A stretch of DNA of 64,000 nt from a virus (taxonomy: Duplodnaviria > Caudoviricetes): IMG/VR virus record IMGVR_UViG_3300024255_001563, positions 96,001-160,000 of that record; one strand, 5' to 3'. Position 1 is the first letter of the stretch, and the number at the start of each line of letters is the position of its first letter. Of the stretch, positions 39,208 through 48,179 are shown piece by piece. The notes beneath the pieces are model-generated. The model searched no databases. It was not told the DNA's origin and was given only the letters and a program-made list of their open reading frames with translations. A program made the position numbers and the translations under genes.

Positions 39208-39215
39208 GATAAATA
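39208..39215 (+). promoter_or_regulatory. Late promoter GATAAATA
   Basis: TAAATA core 25 nt before ATG 39240. Confidence 0.6.
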
Positions 39216-39239
39216 CAATGTCGCAATAGGGGTTTATAA

Positions 39240-40787
39240 ATGGCATATACAATTGATACATACAGTAATAGTCGATCTTGGAAGATTGAAGATGGTACTA
39301 TTGACCAAACTACAGATTTAAAACTTGTAGGTAAAAACTATGCAGGTTATGGTGAAATACAAAACGAAAATTTTGTATTTTTGCTAGAGAACTTTGCAGG
39401 ACAAGTTGAGCCTCCGAGAAAAGTAGCAGGCCAAATTTGGTTTGACTCGAGTAATTCAAAATTAAAATTTTATGACGGGCTAAAATGGCGCACAACAGGT
39501 GGCGCAGAAGTTAGTTCTACAGTTCCAACAGGATTAAAACAAGGTGATTTTTGGTGGGATACAGGAAATGAACAACTTTATACATTTAATGGCGGCGACT
39601 TTGTACTTATCGGACCCCAAAGTGCAGGCTCAGGCCAAACACAGATTGTAAGCCGTTCACTTCGCGATACACTAGGAAATAGTAAAAATGTTATTACCGC
39701 AGTTGTAAACGACGAAACAGTATTAACATTTAGTTCACAAGACTTTACAATTGATACTAGCGATGTAGATAGTGATATTCCTGGATTTGACAGAATACGT
39801 CCAGGTCTAACCCTTAAAAATACTATTAATAGCGCAGGCGGCGTTACTAGTGGAGCATTTAGACTTCATGGTACTGCATCAAATGCAGAAAAATTAGGCG
39901 GCATTTCATCAGATAATTACGTACAGTCTAATAATGCATCGTTTACAGGACTTGCACAATTTGGAACATCTGGCATACAAATAGGCGAAACTGCAAACTT
40001 TACTTTGTCAGTAGAAGGTGATAACCAAGGTGTAATTTCAAACGATAACGGCAATCAGATTATAATCCGTGCCAAAGACTTGTTTGGTAATGTATTAAAC
40101 CCTGCAAGAATATTTTATAATGCACTAACTCCAGGATTTGTTCCAGGAACTACTACAGTTGCAGCTACAAGTTTAGGTACAGAAGAATACAGATGGCCTG
40201 ATGTATATGCTAGAACAATAAAAGGCTTAAGCCAAGTAACTAGCGGCTTACTAAAACCTGGCGCAACTTATAAAACTCCAATTGATGATCCAGTCAATGG
40301 TGGAACAATGGCAAACGGAGATGCACTATTACCTTCAGAACAAACTGCTGCTAATACTATTCCTGTAAGAGACGAAAACGGAGACATATTTGCTAATAAA
40401 TTCCAAGGTATTGCTACTGAAGCTTGGTATGCTGATCTTGCAGAAAAGTATTCAACTCCGCATGAACTTTCCCCAGGAACAGTTGTAAGTGTTTGTGTAC
40501 ACGAAGATCACGAAGTTGACGCTGCAACAAGAGGAAATATTGCAATAGGAGTAGTTTCAACAGAACCTGCTCTTAAAATGAACGCTGGAGCAGAAGGACA
40601 ATACATTGCACTTAAAGGGCGTGTGCCTGTTCGTATAGTTGGTGCAGTTGTTAAAGGCGCTGCTGTTTATGTCGATGACAATGGTTATGCTAGCACTAAT
40701 ATTAATGGCGGATCACTAGTTGGTGTTGCATTAGAAACTAATGAATCTGTAGAAGAAAAATTAGTCGAGTGCGTACTTAAAGTATAA
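39240..40787 (+). CDS. Tail fibre 3 (paralog) with a putative C-terminal intramolecular chaperone / autocleavage domain
   Basis: Same anchor (GKNYAGYGEIQNENFVFLLENFA...GQIWFD). C-terminal ADLAEKY...PGTVV...IGVVST.PA..MN...IALKGRVPV. Confidence 0.75.
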   Translation: MAYTIDTYSNSRSWKIEDGTIDQTTDLKLVGKNYAGYGEIQNENFVFLLENFAGQVEPPRKVAGQIWFDSSNSKLKFYDGLKWRTTGGAEVSSTVPTGLKQGDFWWDTGNEQLYTFNGGDFVLIGPQSAGSGQTQIVSRSLRDTLGNSKNVITAVVNDETVLTFSSQDFTIDTSDVDSDIPGFDRIRPGLTLKNTINSAGGVTSGAFRLHGTASNAEKLGGISSDNYVQSNNASFTGLAQFGTSGIQIGETANFTLSVEGDNQGVISNDNGNQIIIRAKDLFGNVLNPARIFYNALTPGFVPGTTTVAATSLGTEEYRWPDVYARTIKGLSQVTSGLLKPGATYKTPIDDPVNGGTMANGDALLPSEQTAANTIPVRDENGDIFANKFQGIATEAWYADLAEKYSTPHELSPGTVVSVCVHEDHEVDAATRGNIAIGVVSTEPALKMNAGAEGQYIALKGRVPVRIVGAVVKGAAVYVDDNGYASTNINGGSLVGVALETNESVEEKLVECVLKV

Positions 40788-40790
40788 ATA
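40783..40790 (+). promoter_or_regulatory. Late promoter TATAAATA overlapping a stop codon
   Basis: Perfect consensus 27 nt before ATG 40817. Confidence 0.7.
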
Positions 40791-40816
40791 AAACTAGTAT
40801 ATAATAGGAAATGTAA

Positions 40817-41737
40817 ATGGCAGTTGAATTCGAAACAAGGATAACCGCAGCAAACTTTAACACTCTACAAAATAGAGTTGAAAGACTTTTGGGCGGAGGC
40901 AGCGGTCAGTCAGGATATGGGCAGGTTCCTAACAGTTCTCCAGTTCCTCCTCAAAGTGTTGTATACGCCAGCGACTTAAACAAACTATTACTTGATATTA
41001 ATAGAATATCAATACACCAGACTGGTAGCATAACTGATCTAAGTCCAGTTACACAGAGTTCAAAAATTAGAGCAGATGAAGAAACAGTAGGAGACCGTGA
41101 CGGCTGGAAGCAATATATTGCAAAAATAGCCGAACTTGAAACAGATCCATTAGTTGTAGACGGAACACAAGTTAGTATTGAAACTATTGCTACAGATTCA
41201 AGATTTTCTCCGTGGCAAGGACAACTTTCGCACAGTTTTACATTAACATTTACTGATACTGATCATAGACGTGCATTTTTTAATAGTGGCGGACAAATTT
41301 ATATTAGTGCGCAAATTGAATCACCATCTACGCCAAAATCAAATGACTGGAAAACTATGTTAACAAACATGGGCGTTATTCAATTTAAAGCAAATACTAC
41401 ATCCAAAACTGGATTAGGCGGAACGTTGTTTCCGAACGATGACGGGCCAGTTGGAAACTTTCAATTAACAGCAGGCTTAGTAACATTATTTGAAAGAACT
41501 GGACAATTAGACTCTTATTCAGAAAATAGATATTACATCTTTGGTAAAGAAGTAAGCCAAAGCGCAATCCAATTTACAATTCAATTCCAAGATCAAGATC
41601 AAGGTGATCCAACTATTGACGAAGAAATTGCTGGAACTGTAGTAAGTAGAATACAAGCATTACGTCCATCGGGCGAGTATGTTAGTGTTCCGTTGCCAAG
41701 TTATTCCGTACAGTCCAGTCTAGAATTAGGAGACTAA
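40817..41737 (+). CDS. Virion structural protein (paralog A)
   Basis: GQSGYGQ...RRAFFNSGGQI...DWKTML; under late promoter control. Confidence 0.6.
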   Translation: MAVEFETRITAANFNTLQNRVERLLGGGSGQSGYGQVPNSSPVPPQSVVYASDLNKLLLDINRISIHQTGSITDLSPVTQSSKIRADEETVGDRDGWKQYIAKIAELETDPLVVDGTQVSIETIATDSRFSPWQGQLSHSFTLTFTDTDHRRAFFNSGGQIYISAQIESPSTPKSNDWKTMLTNMGVIQFKANTTSKTGLGGTLFPNDDGPVGNFQLTAGLVTLFERTGQLDSYSENRYYIFGKEVSQSAIQFTIQFQDQDQGDPTIDEEIAGTVVSRIQALRPSGEYVSVPLPSYSVQSSLELGD

Positions 41738-41740
41738 TAC

Positions 41741-42769
41741 ATGGTAGCTACGGGTAATACAGTCCAGGCTAGCCATTATACAGGTGCTCTTGGACGAGTA
41801 CTAACAGTTCTCGGCGATGGTAGTGGACAAAACGGCTATGGACAAATTGTTCCTAGTTATGAATCATATCGAAATGTAAGTACAAACGACGAACTTATCG
41901 ATCATGATCACACTTCTAAATTAGCAGTTGATATTAATACTTGTGCTAGCCATCAAGGAATTTCCGGAGTTTCATCTTCATTTAATTCTGCAGGCAAAAT
42001 CATAGGTGCAAATGCTTCAGGTAATTCTCCAACTAGTCTAACTGACACATCTAGAGGGTTTAATGACTTATTAGCAGGAATAACAAACATTGAAGCTTCT
42101 GCTGATAGTTCAGTTGGATTTACTATTGACGATGTAAGAACTCTTACTTCTAGTACTAGATTTACTGCCTGGGGAGGCGACGGAGATCCTGATGATAACA
42201 TTTGGAGTGAACTAGATGTTATTTTTGAAGGCGGATATGCAACAACAAATACTTCCGGAAGAACCACAGCAACTGCGGCCGATCATCGTAGACATTTTTT
42301 TAACGCCGGTGGCGATGTTAGGATAACTTTTTTTGGTAATTCTAATACTACAAAGGATATTGACTGGAATTCTATGCTTAGTAATGTTACCGTTGTATTT
42401 GGTAAAAACAATACAACAGCAAACTCAGGATTAGCTCGTGACGGGTCAACAGATGTAAATGGTGGCGGCATTGACAGTGCTTTTGGAAATTACCAGTTAA
42501 CAACATCTTATAATATTATCTTTAGAAAATTTGGATCAGGTGCATATTCGACTAACTATGTACAAGTTCGAGCAAAGCGTGTAGGCACCAATGTTATACG
42601 TTTTAGAGTTGACTTTAACGACTTTGCAGAAGGCAATCCAAATTTTGACGAACGTGTGCTTGTTAGCGGCGGATCAATGGGCGCAGGCCTGCACTTAAAA
42701 CGTCCAACTGGTGTAGTAACAGTTCCAACTCCGTCAGACGCCGTCGCGACTGAATTCCAAGATACATAA
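41741..42769 (+). CDS. Virion structural protein (paralog B)
   Basis: GQNGYGQ...RRHFFNAGGDV...DWNSML; a clear paralog of the preceding gene. Confidence 0.6.
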   Translation: MVATGNTVQASHYTGALGRVLTVLGDGSGQNGYGQIVPSYESYRNVSTNDELIDHDHTSKLAVDINTCASHQGISGVSSSFNSAGKIIGANASGNSPTSLTDTSRGFNDLLAGITNIEASADSSVGFTIDDVRTLTSSTRFTAWGGDGDPDDNIWSELDVIFEGGYATTNTSGRTTATAADHRRHFFNAGGDVRITFFGNSNTTKDIDWNSMLSNVTVVFGKNNTTANSGLARDGSTDVNGGGIDSAFGNYQLTTSYNIIFRKFGSGAYSTNYVQVRAKRVGTNVIRFRVDFNDFAEGNPNFDERVLVSGGSMGAGLHLKRPTGVVTVPTPSDAVATEFQDT

Positions 42770-42776
42770 TCAACTC

Positions 42777-42805
42777 TTGACATAATTATTAACTGAGTAT
42801 ATAAT
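42777..42805 (+). promoter_or_regulatory. Perfect sigma70-type promoter heading the enzyme island
   Basis: TTGACA (42777-42782), 17-nt spacer, TATAAT (42800-42805); GGAG RBS before ATG 42830. Confidence 0.85.
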
Positions 42806-42829
42806 TAATAGTATACTTGGAGATTTCGT

Positions 42830-43177
42830 ATGGATGAAAGATTAGCAAAAGCATTAGAGTTTTCGAATTACATGACAACTCTAAATAATCAAAAACGCAT
42901 TATAAGAGAACAATTTTTAGAAGATTGTGTTCATTATATTAATGGTGGTAAATTTGCAGTTAACAGAGAATTGATTACATTTTGTCAAACACTTGTAAAT
43001 AATCAACAACCTACTGCGGTACTCATTGATGATAACGAAACGCCTATTGAAGTAACAGATTTGAAAAAGTTTCTAGACGACATTCTTGATATTTATTTTA
43101 CTACAACTAATCAGTATTTAGACAAATACAACGAGATAAAAACAAATAGGACAATTGAAGGTTTAATTAACATATGA
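42830..43177 (+). CDS. Hypothetical helical protein
   Basis: 115-aa ORF with a good RBS; first gene behind the sigma70 promoter. Confidence 0.75.
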   Translation: MDERLAKALEFSNYMTTLNNQKRIIREQFLEDCVHYINGGKFAVNRELITFCQTLVNNQQPTAVLIDDNETPIEVTDLKKFLDDILDIYFTTTNQYLDKYNEIKTNRTIEGLINI

Positions 43178-44028
43178 GTCGCGGCGTACTTTTATTTGCG
43201 CAAAACAATCATACTATTGACTATATTAAACAAGCACTATTTTGCGCAAAGAAAATTAAAAAACATTTAGGACTATCAGTAACTATTGCTACAGATACGC
43301 CTAAGTACCTTTATGAAAAATATCCATACTATTCTAAATATATTGATAATGTAATAAATTTAGATTGGGAAGAATGTTCGCAAAAGCGTGTCTATCAAGA
43401 CGGTACTATGAGTAACAGAAACTTAGAGTGGAGAAATCACAATAGAACAACAGTGTATGACATTACGCCATACGACGAAACTATTGTAATGGACACTGAC
43501 TTTATAATAGGCAATAATCAGTTGTTGCATACATTTGACACTGCTGAAGATTTTTTAATTGTTAAAGATATTACAGATGTTAACCCGGAAAGAAATACTT
43601 CATTTAATAAAATTAGTGATAGAAGTATTGACATGTACTGGGCAACATTATTTTATTTTAAAAAAACAGAACAAACAGAATTATTTTTTAATTTAGTTAC
43701 ACACATTAAAGAAAATTGGTTGTATTATAGATTAGTATATCAGATACCTGATAAGATGTACAGAAACGATTTTAGTTTTAGTATTGCTATACACCTTATG
43801 AATGGAAATCAAAAAACAAACTGGCCAAAACAGCCGCCAGGCAATCTTTGGTTTACTACTGATATGGATGTCTTAATAAAAATGGAAGACGAAGATTATG
43901 TGTTTCTATTAGACAAAAAAGACTGGAAAGGACATTATATTGCTGCATCTGTAAAGGATGCTAGTATACATATTATGAACAAGTTTAGTCTTGATAGAGC
44001 AATTAGTGAGGTGTTAAAAAATGAGTAA
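43174..44028 (+). CDS. GT-A fold glycosyltransferase-like protein
   Basis: GVLLFAQNN...TIATD...TPYDETIVMDTD (DxD motif)...YRNDFSFSIAIH...IHIMNK. Confidence 0.65.
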   Translation: MSRGVLLFAQNNHTIDYIKQALFCAKKIKKHLGLSVTIATDTPKYLYEKYPYYSKYIDNVINLDWEECSQKRVYQDGTMSNRNLEWRNHNRTTVYDITPYDETIVMDTDFIIGNNQLLHTFDTAEDFLIVKDITDVNPERNTSFNKISDRSIDMYWATLFYFKKTEQTELFFNLVTHIKENWLYYRLVYQIPDKMYRNDFSFSIAIHLMNGNQKTNWPKQPPGNLWFTTDMDVLIKMEDEDYVFLLDKKDWKGHYIAASVKDASIHIMNKFSLDRAISEVLKNE

Positions 44029-44860
44029 AGGATTTTGTTTACTTGCACAAAACAATAGCACAACAGATTATGTTCGCCAGGCATATGCTCTCGCCTTAAG
44101 TTTACACAAGTACAATCGTAATCAAAAAATTAGTCTTATTACAAATGACACAATTCCAAAAGAATGGCAAAAAGTGTTTGATCAGATTATTCCGATTCCG
44201 TGGACAGATAGTGCAGAAACTAGTAACTGGAAAATAGAAAATCGTTGGAAAGTTTATCATGCTAGTCCGTACGAGCAAACGATTGTATTGGAAGCAGACA
44301 TGCTTATACTAAGTGACATAACGCACTGGTGGAAAGAGCTAGATAAGTATGAATTGTTTTTTACTAGCAATGTACAAACGTATAGACAAGAAACAGTAAC
44401 TTCTCGGTATTATAGAAAAACATTTGATGCTAATAACCTTCCTAATCTATATAGCGCATTACATTATTTTAAAAAAGGCAATACTGCAAAAGAATTCTAT
44501 ACACTACTAGAGATTATAGTTAATAACTGGGAATTATTTTACAGTAAATATGCAAAAGAGCGTTATCAAAAATGGTGCAGTATCGATTTGTGTGCAGCAA
44601 TTGCTAGTAAAATTTTAGGCAATGAAAAACAAATAACAAATGCAGATAGTTATATAACGTTTACCCACATGAAGACGCATACACAAGCTTGGCAATATGT
44701 TCCTGAACAATGGACTAATGTAATAGGAAAGTACTATCGAAATGATGGAAGTTTAGTGTTAGGTAATTTTGCACAAACCGGAATACTTCATTACGTAGAA
44801 GACAATTTTTTAACAGATAAAATAATAGAGAAATTAAAAGATGCAAAAGTATTATCTTAA
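44021..44860 (+). CDS. GT-A fold glycosyltransferase-like protein (paralog)
   Basis: GFCLLAQNN...SLITND...SPYEQTIVLEAD (ExD variant)...TFTHMK...LHYVE. Confidence 0.65.
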   Translation: MSKGFCLLAQNNSTTDYVRQAYALALSLHKYNRNQKISLITNDTIPKEWQKVFDQIIPIPWTDSAETSNWKIENRWKVYHASPYEQTIVLEADMLILSDITHWWKELDKYELFFTSNVQTYRQETVTSRYYRKTFDANNLPNLYSALHYFKKGNTAKEFYTLLEIIVNNWELFYSKYAKERYQKWCSIDLCAAIASKILGNEKQITNADSYITFTHMKTHTQAWQYVPEQWTNVIGKYYRNDGSLVLGNFAQTGILHYVEDNFLTDKIIEKLKDAKVLS

Positions 44861-45407
44861 CTTTAGAGAAGACGGTACAATTTTAAAAGTTGGCAATGTA
44901 CTTGACGAGTCTTCCTTATACATAGAAATAGAAAAATATTTAGTACAAGATTTTGCAAATTGTAAAAAAGAGTTTAAAGACTATCTTGTAGTCCCAAGCG
45001 ATTCTGCAGATGCAAACTATGTAATGAAATTTAGGCATACATCATTAGAAGACTTTGATGTTGACAGAAGTATTTTACAATTGTCTAAAACTCTTATTAG
45101 CGAAAGACTAAACTTTATTATTCTACAAGACCCTAGAAACGGAGTATGGAAAGCAAAATTAACAGACGATTTAAAATCTTTGTTAACAAGCACATCATAT
45201 TATAAAGATAAATCGCATACACTATTTGTCACAGACGAAGATGATCCTAATGTATTACTTGACACACTAGTTGTTGAGTTTTCTGAATTGCTTTATAAAG
45301 ACGAGTGCATAATAAAAAATACTAATAAAGAGGTTGCTCAGAGGACTGATGTGAGTGTATACTGTGGTAAGGTCTTTGAAAATTATAGTCATATTATGGA
45401 GAACTAA
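44841..45407 (+). CDS. Hypothetical protein
   Basis: 188-aa ORF overlapping its neighbours; no motif recognised. Confidence 0.65.
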   Translation: MQKYYLNFREDGTILKVGNVLDESSLYIEIEKYLVQDFANCKKEFKDYLVVPSDSADANYVMKFRHTSLEDFDVDRSILQLSKTLISERLNFIILQDPRNGVWKAKLTDDLKSLLTSTSYYKDKSHTLFVTDEDDPNVLLDTLVVEFSELLYKDECIIKNTNKEVAQRTDVSVYCGKVFENYSHIMEN

Positions 45408-46306
45408 TGCCTAATAAAATTAAAATAATTGATCAAGATATTATCTTTCTTAGTTACGACGAGCCTAACGCAGAAAAAAATTATGCAGACTTGTGTAGTA
45501 AAGTACCGTGGGCAAAACGTGTGCATGGTGTACACGGCAGTGATGCAGCTCACAAAGCTTGTGCAGATTTAAGTGAAACAGAATACTTTGTTACTGTAGA
45601 TGCAGATAATATTGTTGATCCAGAGTTTTTAAATCAAGTAGTTGATTACGAATCGTTAGGGCTGTCAGCAGACCATGTGTTTAGTTGGTGCGGTAAGTTA
45701 CATGTTAACGGACTAATGTACGGCAACGGCGGATTAAAAATGTGGACACGTAAGTTTGTACACAATATGAAGACACATGAACATTCAGAAGACGGCGACG
45801 AACGCGGCAAAGTAGAATTTTGCTTTGACGACAAGTACTATCAGTTCAACGAAAACTTTAGTGTATCCTACACAAACGAAACACCTTGGCAAGCCTGGCG
45901 AGCTGGATTTAGAGAAGGTGTTAAGATGAGTTTGGATCAAGGTGCTAAAGTAGAAGACTTGCGTAAAGTATGGTGGCAAAACTATGATAGGCTTTTAATA
46001 TGGAGTCAAGTAGGTGCTGATGTTAAAAATGGTATATGGAGTATACTAGGCGCACGACAAGGTTGTTATCTAACAAACTGTACACCATGGGACTATGCTA
46101 ACGTGCGTGACTTTGAATGGCTAAACAACTTTTGGGAAACAGAAGTAAAAGATGTTGATCCAAAAGAAGAAGCAGAACGTTTAGGTTTAGAAATACTTAA
46201 AGGTACCGGAGTTGATATTTCTACTAAACCTTTAGACGCAGAACAAAGCAAATTTTTTAAACAAGTCTATCAAAATAGTGCAAGGATACTAAGAAGAGCA
46301 AAATGA
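45407..46306 (+). CDS. GT-A-like nucleotide-sugar transferase
   Basis: IIFLSYDEPNAE...RVHGVHGSDAAHKACA...YFVTVDADN (DxD)...YGNGGLKMW...AWRAGFREGVK. Confidence 0.65.
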   Translation: MPNKIKIIDQDIIFLSYDEPNAEKNYADLCSKVPWAKRVHGVHGSDAAHKACADLSETEYFVTVDADNIVDPEFLNQVVDYESLGLSADHVFSWCGKLHVNGLMYGNGGLKMWTRKFVHNMKTHEHSEDGDERGKVEFCFDDKYYQFNENFSVSYTNETPWQAWRAGFREGVKMSLDQGAKVEDLRKVWWQNYDRLLIWSQVGADVKNGIWSILGARQGCYLTNCTPWDYANVRDFEWLNNFWETEVKDVDPKEEAERLGLEILKGTGVDISTKPLDAEQSKFFKQVYQNSARILRRAK

Positions 46307-46800
46307 ATTTAAATGTAAAAAAATTTAAAGCGTCAATTGACAACTTTTTTGGCTGGGTAAAGAAAACAGAACTAGTAGAGCTAGATGATATTGATGTAAC
46401 AGAAGATCCAGTACGTCCAGAGCTTGATGTAGAATGGCGTACTAGTTATGGACGTAAGATATACGGACTAAAGCACGAAAATGAAATTGAAGGTATTATC
46501 TGCATTGCATATACTAATGATGTACCTAAAAGTGTAAAAGAGTTAGACTTAATGAGTCAAAATGCTCATTTTAAAAATGATGTTAATACGGCAGTTGCTT
46601 ATACAGTATGGAGTCGTAAGCGTGGCGCTGGTAAAGAGATAATACACAAAATAGGCGACTTAATGAAGTCTCGTGATGATATTGAAACACTAGTAACCCT
46701 ATCACCGTTAACGCCAATGGCAACACACTTTCACATACGTAATGGTGCAAAACAAATTGCTATTAGCAATACAACACAGAATTTTAAATATACATTATGA
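46303..46800 (+). CDS. GNAT-fold protein resembling the malonyl-CoA decarboxylase catalytic domain
   Basis: IICIAYTNDVP...TAVAYTVWS..RGAGKEII...TLVTLSP parallels MCD A(I/V)FYSIS...G..LI...F.TLSP (from memory). Confidence 0.45.
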   Translation: MNLNVKKFKASIDNFFGWVKKTELVELDDIDVTEDPVRPELDVEWRTSYGRKIYGLKHENEIEGIICIAYTNDVPKSVKELDLMSQNAHFKNDVNTAVAYTVWSRKRGAGKEIIHKIGDLMKSRDDIETLVTLSPLTPMATHFHIRNGAKQIAISNTTQNFKYTL

Positions 46801-48179
46801 GTAATGAACAGCGTATACAAGTACTAGAAGAAAAACGTGAAAAGATAAACAATGTAAGTTGTTCATTCTGTACGGCTAAATGGTTACAAACTACGCTACT
46901 ATTACAAAACGGTTACAATCACAGTTGTCATCATCCTGCTCCACATAAGATTCCGTTGCACGAAATTGAAGCAAATCCAGCGGCACTACACAACAGTAAG
47001 TTTAAAAAAGAACAACGTGCTAAGATGCTTAAAGGTGAGCGTCCTAAGGAGTGCGGATACTGTTGGAAAATTGAAGACTTAGATAAAAACTATTTTAGTG
47101 ATAGACATTATAAAACAAGTGACTCTTGGGCCTGGGATAGATTTGAAGATATTGCTAAAAGCAATCCACAAGACGATGTGTACCCAAGTTACTTAGAAGT
47201 ATCATTTAGTAATGCTTGTAACTTTGCTTGTGCATACTGTTCACCTGAGATTAGTAGCAAGTGGATGGAAGACGTAAAGCAACACGGAGAATATCCAACC
47301 AAGCACGGTTCGCATAATCTAGACTATTTAAAAGAGTCTGGTAAGATGCCAATACCTAATAGAGAACATAATCCTTATGTAGAAGCATTTTGGAAATGGT
47401 TTCCTGATGCATTACCGCATTTAAAAGTGTTGCGTATCACAGGCGGCGAGCCTACTATGTCAAAAGATACCTGGAAGCTTCTAGATTATCTAATAGAAAA
47501 TCCACGCAAAGGTTTAGACATTTCCATTAATACAAACGGATGTGTAGAAGATAAACTAATTGACAAACTAATTTTAAAAGTTAACAAACTTGCAAAAGTA
47601 GGAGTTAAAGTTGACATATACACTAGTCTTGAAAGCACAGGCCGCCAGGCGGAATATGCTAGAGACGGATTAGTATACTATGATTGGGTTAAAAACATAG
47701 AGCGTTTGCTTTCTGAAACAAAAAGCACAGTTGCAATTATGACAACAATTAACATTCTTAGCTTGCCTACATTCGTCGACTTTATTATGACGGTAATGGA
47801 TTTGCGTAAACTTTATAATACTAGTTTTGAGTGTAATAGAGTGCCGTTGAGTATTAATATTATGCATTGGCCTCCGCATCTTCAATGTACTTTGCTCGAT
47901 AAAGAACAACGTGTAAAGACTGCTAACACTATTGAAACACTTTGCAAAAGTTGGTTAAAATATTATACTAAAGAAAAGTATGCTAGAATATATTTAGAAG
48001 AGTTTGATCAAATACAAAGATTTTGTGATTATTTAAGAACCTCAGAACCAACAGTGGAACACAGAGAAGACTTTGTAAGATACATACAAGCGTACGACAA
48101 AAGAAGAAATAAAGATTTTGCAGAAATATTTCCACAGTATACACATTTATTAGAGGAATGGAATGCCAAAGAAGACTGA
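46797..48179 (+). CDS. Radical SAM protein 1 (N-terminal Cys cluster, twitch-like)
   Basis: CNFACAYC (CX3CX2C), ITGGEPT; N-terminal CTAKW..SCHHP..ECGYC. Confidence 0.9.
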   Translation: MSNEQRIQVLEEKREKINNVSCSFCTAKWLQTTLLLQNGYNHSCHHPAPHKIPLHEIEANPAALHNSKFKKEQRAKMLKGERPKECGYCWKIEDLDKNYFSDRHYKTSDSWAWDRFEDIAKSNPQDDVYPSYLEVSFSNACNFACAYCSPEISSKWMEDVKQHGEYPTKHGSHNLDYLKESGKMPIPNREHNPYVEAFWKWFPDALPHLKVLRITGGEPTMSKDTWKLLDYLIENPRKGLDISINTNGCVEDKLIDKLILKVNKLAKVGVKVDIYTSLESTGRQAEYARDGLVYYDWVKNIERLLSETKSTVAIMTTINILSLPTFVDFIMTVMDLRKLYNTSFECNRVPLSINIMHWPPHLQCTLLDKEQRVKTANTIETLCKSWLKYYTKEKYARIYLEEFDQIQRFCDYLRTSEPTVEHREDFVRYIQAYDKRRNKDFAEIFPQYTHLLEEWNAKED

